64,000 nt of DNA, from the NCBI GenBank assembly GCA_025594325.1, contig JANHCV010000004.1:930001-994000 (forward strand), read 5' to 3'. Both the position numbers and the translations under genes were made by a program. Below are positions 9,910 to 19,879 of the stretch, one piece after another (positions within the stretch are counted from its first letter, which is position 1; each line of letters begins with the position of its first letter). The notes beneath the pieces are model-generated. The model was not told the DNA's origin. It did not search any database and was given only the letters and a program-made list of their open reading frames with translations. The DNA is from Blastocladiella emersonii ATCC 22665 (Eukaryota > Fungi > Blastocladiomycota).

Positions 9910-11031
9910 CTACGCGAGGTTAACCCGCTCGCGCGCGTGCTTGTCCATGACCTTGGCGCACGCCGGGATCAGGCCCTTGTACGCGTCGGGCTGCTTGGAC
10001 TTATCGAGCGCGCTCTCGGCGACCTCGAGCGCCTTACCGGCCTTGACGTCGACGTACTCGAACATGCCGTGCAGCTGCTCGGGGAGGTACTGCTTGGGCG
10101 GCACGTACACGTACGTCTCCGGGTGGGCGCCCTTGATCCGCGTCGCGATCGAGACCACGGGGATGTTGCGGGCCATGAGCTCGGTCAGCCGAGACACGCG
10201 CGCGTCAAACTTCTCGGACATGATCGGGTCCAGGAACTTGTGGCGCTCGTGCCACGACGAGTCGAGCCCCGCCATGTCGGCGACGCCCGCGGCCACGCCC
10301 ATGGCCACCTTGGTCAGACCGCCCAGCACGTTGCGCGAGAGGAACTTGACGGGCGCCGACGTCGCGAGCTTGCGCCGCGCGCTCGCGTCCTCGGGCTTGT
10401 GCGGCAGCGCCAGCTGCCCCGTGTACGCCATGATGGCGGCGTTCTCGAACGAGGACCACAGTCCATTGGGAAACTTCGTGTCGTTACGGCACGTAAGGGT
10501 TAATAGACGTGTGGTACGGTGGCGGGCGAGGACGCGTACCAGGAAGAAGGGCGTGTTGATGGCCAGAACGCCGTCAAACGTGACGCGCGACGTCCACGCA
10601 GCCGCGCCGCCGGTCCCAGCGCCCGCGGCCGAGTCAAAGTACGTGTAGAACATGCGGACGGCCTCGGCCGCGACGAGCCCACCGATCCCCTGCCCAATCA
10701 ACAGCAGACGGAGTCGCGACACGTCGCGGGCGAGGTCACGCACGCGGCCGAGCAGCGCGCGCGCCGCGTCCTGCAGGCTGGTGCGCGGGTAGGCGCCAAA
10801 CACCTCGCGGTCGTAGTCGATGGCGAGGTCGTTGGCGGGGTCGAACAGGTAGTCCTCGAGCTCGGCGCTGAAGGCGTCCATGTGCTCGCGGTCGGCCTCG
10901 TACAGCGCGCTCACGAACAGCATGGTGCGCACCTCCTCCTCCAGCACCATGTGCGGCAGGTGGTCGGCCGACGGCTCGAACAGCATCGAGTCGCGGTGCA
11001 TCGAGGTGGTCGAGCCCAGCGCGCCGTTCAT
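9910..11031 (-). CDS. Alpha/beta-hydrolase fold protein (fungal DUF676/putative lipase-like) with nucleophile Ser replaced by Gly
   Basis: LLLIGQGIGGLVAAE in place of GHSxGG, followed by FDGVLAINTPFF, resembling fungal DUF676-like proteins. Probable 66-nt in-frame intron at 10539-10474. Start MNGALG at 11031. Confidence 0.6.
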   Translation of the reverse strand: MNGALGSTTSMHRDSMLFEPSADHLPHMVLEEEVRTMLFVSALYEADREHMDAFSAELEDYLFDPANDLAIDYDREVFGAYPRTSLQDAARALLGRVRDLARDVSRLRLLLIGQGIGGLVAAEAVRMFYTYFDSAAGAGTGGAAAWTSRVTFDGVLAINTPFFLVRVLARHRTTRLLTLTCRNDTKFPNGLWSSFENAAIMAYTGQLALPHKPEDASARRKLATSAPVKFLSRNVLGGLTKVAMGVAAGVADMAGLDSSWHERHKFLDPIMSEKFDARVSRLTELMARNIPVVSIATRIKGAHPETYVYVPPKQYLPEQLHGMFEYVDVKAGKALEVAESALDKSKQPDAYKGLIPACAKVMDKHARERVNLA

Positions 11032-11313
11032 GGTGGTGATGCGTTTGATTGCGTGGTGCGGCAGCGTGGGAAGAAGAGAGAAGGGGAGAGAGAGAACGGA
11101 AGCAGGGGGCGGTGCGGAACCCCCCGTTCGCTCGCTCGGCCGGCCACCGGGTCGGCCCAAGTGGACCAAACGACGCCACCGAGAGCACCGCACGCGCACG
11201 CGGCCCTGACCACCGCGCTTGCGCGTGCTGTTGCGCGTGGGCCACCGTCGCCATCACACTGTCCATCAAAACCGCTCTATTACGTCATATCACAAAACTG
11301 GCCTTCCACCAAC

Positions 11314-14300
11314 TCAAAAGTCCGGGATCTTGTACACCGCGATCTCCGCCTCAACCGCGTCGCGCGCGGCATCGTTCCCCATGGCCGCAAACATCTCTGC
11401 GCGCGCCTGCATCTCGCGCCGCCCATTCGTCCGTGACCGCGCCGCCGCGAGCCGCTCCGACGCGGCGCGGAAACTGACGGGCTCGCCCGCGATCCCGCGC
11501 ACGCTGAACACGGCGAGCCGCGCCAGCGCGCGCTTGTAGTTCGGGAACCGCGCCACCGCGAGCTGGTAGTCGGCGAGCGCGCGCGCGTAGTGTTCGGCTG
11601 CCTCGGCCGTCACCGCGGCCGCCGCCGTCTCGCCCGCGCGCGTTCCGCGGGCCGCCGCGTCGCGCGAGCGTGACGAGGCGAGCTCGCCGAGCGCAAAGTG
11701 CACGTCTGCGCGCCCGCAGTACACGCGCGCGGCCTGGTCTTCCGTGTACGCCGTCGCGCGGCCCGGGTGGTGGATGTCGCCGAACGCGCGCTCGTACAGG
11801 GCGAGCGCGGTCGCGAGACGCGCCGCGTCGTCGCCGGCGGGTCCCGCCACGAGCGAGCGCCACTTGAGCCCGAGCTCGAACAGGACCAGGTCGCCGAGCC
11901 CCGCGCACGCGTACTCGCACCGCTGCTGCCCTGCGGCCACGTCGTACAGATCGAACGCAATGTCCCACGACGCCGACGTGCGGATCTCGGCGGCGGGCGC
12001 GCGCGGGACCGCGCCGAAGTAGTACAGGTCGGCCGCCGTCACCAGCGCCATCGGGACGTGCCCCGACACGCCCGCGCGTAGCAGCTGCAGGACGGTCCCG
12101 CGCACGTCGTAGTCGGGGTTGTCGTACGGCGAACGCGAGATCTGGATTGGGCGGACCGCGGCGCGGTACACCATGAGCGCCGCGTCGTACGTCAGGTCGC
12201 TGTCGCCCGCGGCCGCCGCGCGGCGCAGCGTGTCGAGCTGCGCCGCGTCAATGATCGTCACGGCGCTCGTCGTGAGCCCGTCCAGCAGCTCGAGGTCGCC
12301 CGCGTTCGTCACCTCCGACGAATTGGCGGTCGCGGACGCGGCAGCCGATGCGCGCAGCCGCGCGAGCACCGTCTCGAGCATCTCGGCCACGTGCCGCGGC
12401 GTCGCCTCCTCGTCTTCGGCGCCCTTGCCCTTCTCGATCGCGGCGACCAGCGCACGCAGCGGCGCGACGGGCGACTCGGGCCCGTCCGCCCCGCTCCCCG
12501 CGAGCACCAGTTCGCGCACCACGCCCGCGAGCGCGAGCGTGTCGGCCTGCATCGCGTCGACGCGCGGCATCACCGCGTCCATGCGCGCGAGCCCGGGGAC
12601 GGGCACCTTGGCGACCACGCTGCCCAGCACGTTGCGCATGAACGCGAGCCGCGGCACCGTCAGCCCGACGGGCAGCATGGCTGTCTGCGTCTTACACGTC
12701 GCGACGTGCATCTCCGTCAGCCCGTTGGCGACATCGAGCGCGACCTGCGCGCGGTCCGCGGGCGACATCCCTGCGACGCGCACGTCGCGCAGGACGCGTT
12801 CTGCGACGACACCCCAGTCGCCGCTGCCCGACGCCGCCGACGAGGGGGGCAGGAACCCGTGCACCCGCCGCACGTGCGCGGCCTGCGCGAGCGGGACGAG
12901 CCCGAGCGCGAGCGTCGCGAGCACGTCCTTGGCGCGGTCCGCGGGGCACCGCAGGATTTCGACGGGCGTGCGCCCGCACAGGAGCGCGGGGCCCCACACG
13001 CCCGAAGCCCCCGGCGCGGGCGTCACCTCGGACCAGTCGAACAGCAGCTGCGAGGTCGCGAGCTGCGGGTTTGCGTCGAGCGCGTCGTCGACGGCGAACA
13101 GCGTCTCGAGCTGCGCGTCGACCACACCCGTCGCCGCCTTGGCGGCCGCGGCGCGCGCCTTGGGCCCGAAATTGAGCCCCTTGGCCGCCTCGTCCGACAG
13201 CCCGACGCGTTTCGCGGCCTTGACGAGATCCGCCTGCGCGTCGCACAGGGACTCGGGGAACTGCGCCACGAGCTTGGTCGCGTCCGCCGAAAGCGCGCCC
13301 GGCTCGCTCTCGTCGGCCCACGCCGCGTCGCGCGCATCTGCCAGCGCGTCGGCGAGCACCTTGGCGAGCGCGGTGAGCGCGCGGACCAGCGGCGCGAACC
13401 GTTTCGGAAGCTTGCCCGACGCGGTCCACCCGACGGCCGGCGCGAGCGACCGCGCGTACTCGAGCGCCGGCGAGCCGGGGAGGTCCCACGCGTCGAGGAG
13501 CCGGGCGAGCGTGGTCTCGGCCAGCTGCGCGGCCTTGTCGGCGGCGACGCGCCCGATTGTGAAGTCCGCGGCGAGCGAGCGCACCTCGCCCACCTTGGTT
13601 TCGGCGACGACGGCCCATCCGGCGTACTTCCACACGAGCCAGTCGGGCAGCGCGGGGGTCGCGGCGTCGCCCTCGTACGCGAACGCCTTGTTGAACTGGA
13701 TCGCCGACACGAACGCCGAGTCGTCGACGTCCGACCGGCGCACCACGTCGAGGTCGTCGAGCGAGATGAGGGGGACCGCCGCGGACGTGATGCACCGCAC
13801 CGCGTGCTTGACGGCATCCCGCGCGCTCAGACCCGCGCGCGCGGTCAAGAACTCGGCGTACTTGGACTCGACAGCGGGCGCGAGCGCGAGCGCGAACCGG
13901 TCGAGCGGCATCGTGAACGAGCTGCCCTGCGGCACCATGTACTTCCACACGGCCGCGACCTGCGGGTTCGTGATGTCGCGCAGAAACGCCGCCTCGAGGT
14001 TGAGCCCCGCGACCGCTGCGCGGATCTGGCGGACGGCCGTCACCTGCGACTCTTGCGCCGCGCGGTGCGCCGTCAGAAGCGTCAGCGCGGCCTCGGCGCG
14101 CGTCGACTGCCGCGTCAGGCGGTCGTAGTTGTCGTTGGCCAGCGTGATGGCTTCCTCGGTCCGACGCGCCACGCGGCGCTGGATCGCGATCGACGCCACG
14201 GACGAGTGCGCGTGTAGGTCTGCGAGCATCTCCTCGACGCGCTATACATGGTGTGCTCTTGTCAGTTACGGGTCCTACGAGGTCAGAATGAAACGACGTA

Positions 14301-14986
14301 CCGAGTCGAGATCATCCAGCTCGCGGTCGAGCCGGGCCGAGTTGAACGAGCGCTCCATGGCGCTCGTGTTGGCAAACACCTCGAGGTCGGCGGCGACCCT
14401 CTCCATGATGGACGCGGACCGCGCGAGCTTCTCGTTGAACAGGTCGAGGTGGTGGGTCGACAGCGCGTCAGCTGCGGTGCCCGTGATGCGGTCGTGCAGG
14501 CCCTGCACGATGTTGACAATCGACTGCAGCTTGCTGTAGATGACGCCCACCTTCATCAGGTTGCCCATGGCCTCCTGGCGCACGCGGTCGATGCTACGCG
14601 GGGGCGGGTTAGCGCTGGCCGAGTACTCTCCCAAAGACCACGACGACGTACGCCGTTAGCATGCGGTAGATCGGACGGAACGGCTTGAGCAGGATGACGG
14701 CGGGGATCAGCGCGGCCTGCAGCGCCGGGTTCGACACGACGACGTCGACTTTCTGCAGCGTCTTGGCCCGCCGCTTCAGCGCCGCCTTGCGCAGCCGTGT
14801 CTCGTCGCTCGTCAGGTCCGCCTTGATGTCGCCCAGCCGCTCGGCCAGCGCCTTGGTGGGATCGCGCTCGCCGCCGCCCTCCTCGACGTCGGTCTCGTCC
14901 AGCGCCGTGTTCACTGGCCCGCCGTAGATCGTGGTCAACGCACCCGCGCCCGCGGCGGGTACGACGGCAGTGCTCGATGCGTTCAT
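11314..14986 (-). CDS. Paralog A (about 1184 aa): MLKL/Cbl-N-like helical bundle, helical linker, TKL-type pseudokinase, Sel1-like/TPR repeats
   Basis: Exons 14986-14652, 14593-14302 and 14241-11314 (GTACGT donors, TAG acceptors) total 3555 nt in frame. Kinase remnants: WGPALLCGRTPVEILR, HVRRVHGF, DWGVVAER, RAQVALDVANGLTEMH, AKVPVPGLAR, ADTLALAGVVRELV. Sel1-like: GHVPMALVTAADLYYFG..AFDLYDVAA. Confidence 0.8.
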
Positions 14987-15228
14987 GGTTGGCTGGCAGG
15001 TTTGGTGGGGAGAGAGAGGAGATGGTCGCCAAGGGCTCGCCCGTTGACGACCTCACGCTCGACGGCGGCGCGGCACCGGTTTGCGGTCAAGCGCACGGGC
15101 GGGGGGCGCCGCCACCGCATCGACGAGGCGGTGAAGTCGGACCCTTACTTCCGACTTCTCTCTTTCTCCTCTCTAGACTCGATGCATTGCGTGAGGTGAG
15201 ACCGCGCACACGACGACGAATCGACACC
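14987..15228. promoter_or_regulatory. 242-bp putative bidirectional promoter shared by paralogs A and B, containing a 9-bp-stem inverted repeat (15133-15158)
   Basis: Divergent ATGs at 14986 (-) and 15229 (+). Pyrimidine tracts precede both starts on their own strands. GAAGTCGGA-8 nt-TCCGACTTC. Confidence 0.55.
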
Positions 15229-18200
15229 ATGGCAACGACCGCACCCCCTTCCACCGCTGAGACGACGGCGCTCCTGGCCGCCGAGCCCGCGGGCGCGCTG
15301 ACCGCGACCCTCGACAGCGGCGAGCTGGCGGCGGCGGTGGTCAAGAAGTCGGCGCACGCGGCGCAGCACGAGGACGTCTCGAAGGCCGTGTCGCAGACGC
15401 GCGAGAAGATGACGTCCGAGGACGCGGCGGAGCGGCGCGCGCTGCGCATCCAGCGTGCGGAGCGGCGCGCGCGCGTCAACGAGGCGGCCAACCACATTGG
15501 CGTGCAGGGCACCGTGGCGGCGGCCACGCTGTCGGCGTCGCTCATCTACGGGCCGATTGCGACCAAGAACCCCGTCGCGCTCGCCCTGCGGCCGTACTTT
15601 CGCCTGTGGAACCGGCTGCAGAAGGAGTTTGCCAAGACGCTCGACTCGGCCAACGAGATTGAGCGCCGCGCCATCGACCTGATCCAGCTCGCCGACACGG
15701 CGCTCGATATCTACGCCGACCCCAAGGTCGCCAAGATCGTCGGCGCCCTCCAGCGCGGCGAGATCCTCAAGCTCATCCGCAAGATCGAGTCCAAGATTGC
15801 CGAGGCCACCGAGGTCCTCGAGCGCCTCGACCAGTCGAGCGACACGCGCATGATGCTCATTGGCAACCAGAAGGTCAAGATTGAGCTCGGCCAGATCAAC
15901 GCGGTACGTTTGCTGCGGTCCTCGCTCACGACGAAGGAAGCAGGGCACTCACACTGCCTGCTACGACGTAGACCATCACGTCCGCCCAGGCGCAGCTGCA
16001 CGCCCACATCACCACGTCCATGATGGCGCTGCTCGACCACCAGGGCGAGCGGAACCGCAAGCTCAACGAGTCGCTCGCCGTCGAGAACGCCATGCTCAAG
16101 GAGCAGGGCGGCCGCATCGACGAAATGTACAAGCTCGGGCTCGCGTTCCGCGCGCACGACGAAAAGATGGACAAGCAGCTCGCCCTGCTGCTCGCGCAGG
16201 TCCAGGCCGTCGACAACCGCGCCGGGTTCTGGGCCGACCTCAAGAGCCCCGAGGTGTCGCTCCTGTGGGACGCGGTGGTCGGCCCGCACGGCGACATGGC
16301 GTGCCCCGCGGGCCAGTTCCTCCTGACGCTCGAGGAGCACGTCGAGCGGCTGCGCGGCGACCGCTTCGACCCGATCGACGGGTGGATCCGGTTCGTCAAC
16401 CGGAAGGACGCCGTCGTCACGCTCGCCGACCTCGGGTACACGACCGAGGTCTCGGCCAACCTCGTCAGCGTGCACGCCCTCGACGCGCTGTTCCCCGAGG
16501 ACCCCAACGCCAAGACCAAGCTGCGCCTGAACGTGCTCCTCGGCTGGCGCGCGTACGCGTGGGCCGTCCACGCCAACGACTGCATCGACCGCATCGCCGC
16601 CATCGCCGCGCAGTCCGCCGTGTGCCGGTCCACGGCCCTCGTCACCCGCAACCTCGCGCGCCGCGCCATCGATGGGCTCAAGGCATCGGCGGTGTGGGAT
16701 ATCACGCCCAAGCTCGAGGCCCGCCTTCGCGGCCTCCGCCTCAAGCTCAGCCCCGCCATCGCCGACGCACTCCCGCCGAAATACGCGGCGCTCGTCCGCG
16801 CCCTCGACGCCGTCGAGAAGACGCTCGCCGAGTGCTACACGACGACCGAGGCCGCGGGCTGGCTCGACGACGACGCTGCCGCGAAGCTCGCCGCCGACTT
16901 CCCCGCGCGCATCAGCAAGCTGCAGGACGCCGTCGTCGCCGCCGCGGTCGCGCTCGGGCTCCCCGCCGACGTCGCGCAGGACGCGGCGTGGACGCCGCGC
17001 AACGTCGAGTCGTGCACGGCCAAGGCGCAGGCGGCCATCGAGACGCAGCTCGCGCACTTTGACGAGCTCGCGGGCGCGCTCGAGGCGCGGCCCGACGATA
17101 TCATGGCGGCGCTCGCGGGGCTCGCGTGGGCCGACGTCGGCGCCGCCGCGACCCGCGCGAGCCCGTGGGGCAACGCCGTGCTGTTCAAGTACGACCCGGT
17201 CGCCATCATCCGGTGCCCCGCCGAGGTCGCGCCCGCGGCCATCGCGAACCTCGCGGGCCTCCGCGCGCGCGGCTCCGCGCACCTGCTCCGCGTCTACGGC
17301 GTGCTCCCGCCCACGCCCGCGACGGGTGGGGACTGGGCCGTCGTCGTCGAGCGGTTCGACCCGCACGTTGTGTTCGACAAGCTCGACCTGCAGTCCAAAC
17401 TCGCGGCCGCCGAGGACGTGGTGCGCGCCGCGCAGGTGATCCATGGCGCGCAGGTCGATCTTTCGGGGGATGTCGTCGCGCAGCCGTTCGACGCCAGCCA
17501 TGTCGTCTTCACGCGCAACGTGCTCGGCCAGGTCGCGACCAAGCTCGTCCCGCCGGGCCTCGTCGTCACCGTCAACAGCGTGCCGCTCGCGGGGCTCGCG
17601 ACGCTGGGCACCGAGGCCGCGGCGAAGGCCAATGTCGATGCGCTCGTCAAGTTCATCCAGCGCGCGATCCTCGACGTGCACCCGGCGCCCGCGCGGCCCG
17701 CCGGGTACGACTACGCGGGGCCCGCGCACGACGGCGCGCCGGGCCACCCGGGCGACCTGTTCCGCGCGCTGCGCCGCCACATCGAGCAGCACACCGCGGG
17801 CCGCGCGCCGGCGCCCACGTTCGGCGAGCTTGTCGAGGACCTGCAGCTCGCGCAGTCCAAGTACCGCGAGGCGCTCGAGGCCGAGCCCGGATCGGCGCTC
17901 GTTGGTGGTTCCGCGGGCACGGTGAGCGACGATGCGTCGGTTATCGCGTTCGAGGCGCTGGCGTTCAACACGCCGGCGTCGCCGACCGCGGCGTCGCGGC
18001 TCGGGACCATGTCGGCGGACGAGGCGATGCGCAAGTACTTTGCGGCGCGCGCGACGATCCGCGACTCGCGGCACCGGCCGGCGACGCGGCCCGACTACGA
18101 CGTGCACGACGTGTACCAGAAGCTGGTGGAGGCGGGGCAGTCGGGCCACCAGCCCATGGCGTACGTGGCGGCGGCGGACCTGTTCTACTACGGCACGGTG

Positions 18201-18803
18201 CCGCGCACCCCCGACTCGTGGCGCGTCGCCATGCGCCTGTACCGGCTCGCCATCGAGCAGGGCGCGCTGTACGCGCACGCCGGGATCGGCGACCTGCTCC
18301 TCTTCCACCTCGTCGAGGACCCGACGACCGCGCGTTCGCGCGACGAGATCCTCACCGCCGCCGCAGAGCAGTACGAGCTTGCGCAGCTCGCCCTCACGGA
18401 CCCGGGCACCCGCGCGCTCCTCGCCCCGCACGAGATCGCCCGCGTCGACTGCGGTCTCGGCGACGTGCTCTTCGAGCGCGCGCAGCTCGCCGCGGACGCG
18501 GGCGACGCGCACCTCGCAGAAGACTTGCGCCGCCGCGCCCGCGCACACTACCATGAGGCCAAGGACGAGGACCCGCGCGCGAAACGCGCGTTCGCCCGGC
18601 TCGCCCTGTTCGCCCTGCACGGGTTCGGCGGCGAGGCCCGGTCGCTCCGCAACGCCAACATGTTCCTCGCGTCGGCGCGGTCCGCGGATAACCCCGCGCG
18701 CGAGCTCGCGGCGCGCGCGCAGGTGCTCGCGGTCATCGACGACGGCGAGTCCCTTGCGGCGTGTCGCGCTGAGATGGACGCGTGTACCACGCCCGACCAC
18801 TGA
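15229..18803 (+). CDS. Paralog B (about 1168 aa): MLKL/Cbl-N-like helical bundle, helical linker, TKL-type pseudokinase, Sel1-like/TPR repeats
   Basis: Exons 15229-15903 and 15972-18803 (GTACGT...TAG, phase 0). Kinase remnants: WGNAVLFKYDPVAIIR, HLLRVYGV, DWAVVVER, KLAAAEDVVRAAQVIH, TKLVPPGL. Sel1-like: GHQPMAYVAAADLFYYG..AMRLYRLAIEQG. Motifs are collinear with paralog A. Confidence 0.8.
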
Positions 18804-19879
18804 TGGAGATGGGTAGGCGACAATTTTGAATCAATCGATACATTTACGCTTTTGTGCCCGCGTGGACATGCTTAGCTCCGTGCGAACTCAACCGAGCGCT
18901 TGACTCCAAGGCCGCCGCTATAAAGGCGAAAGGAACCCCCGCTCCCGCTCGCTGTGCCTCTGGCCGTGGCTCCTGCCAGCGGTCCGCCGGGCTGCTGTCG
19001 GTCAGTTCGTCGTCGATTACGGGCTCGGACGGTCGCGACAAGCGAGCAGCGTCGTCAACTTCGCGGCAGCGCTGCTGGTTCCTCAATTGCCGCCGAGTCC
19101 CGCAACACGCGTCGCGACAGTTCGTCAAGCTCGTCCCAGGCTGCTAGTATGTAGGATAGCACGCCACAGTGAGAGTGTGACGGCTCGCGGCATCCGCTGC
19201 GTACAACTGAAGACGTTCTCGCCACGAAAAGTTTTCGCTCGGTAGGTCGTCCAGTACAGTAGGGTCGTCGAGCTCGTCAGACTAAGCGTATTGATGCGTG
19301 TAACCACGAACCTATCACACAACACCTCAACGGGCTACCCGGCGCTCCCTTCGAGCCGTTTTCCTGTCAAGTGCATGACCAACACCTTGTCTCGCCGGCA
19401 TCCACACGCTCAAGTCCAACAGCCGCGCCGTGATCCGTCGAGTCGGCGCAGGAACCCACCACCAAGATCGGTCCGTGACCTCGCACACGCGTCGGCGCCC
19501 AGCCCTCCGCTCCGGCACGCTCGCCCAACGGCTCTCGCCGGCACTCCCGTCGCGCGCTCGTCGCGCTCCCACCCCTGTCGGTACGCACGGCGGCGGTGGA
19601 GGGCGCCAACGGGCGCGTGCGTGGGGGTCACGGATCGCAGTCGTTGCGGGTCTCCGTGGTCGACTGGCGGGTCCCAGAGGTTCATTTGATCATTGCATAG
19701 AGTCTCTTAACAAATTACATCGTGGTCATCGAGAAGAGGGGAGGGTGAAGGGAGAATCAAGCGAGCGAGTGTGGCGCCGCGCGCCCGCGTGAGAGAAAGC
19801 GGTCGGCGCCGACGCCCACCTTCATGAACGCCGAGTGCCGCGAGCCATGCACTCTCCCTCACCGAACCCCCAACCTGCC

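Noticed and set aside
12119-14217. 669-aa and 608-aa plus-strand ORFs
   Set aside because: Antisense shadows of paralog A with no recognisable motifs.
15711-18800. 1029-aa minus-strand ORF
   Set aside because: Antisense shadow of paralog B.
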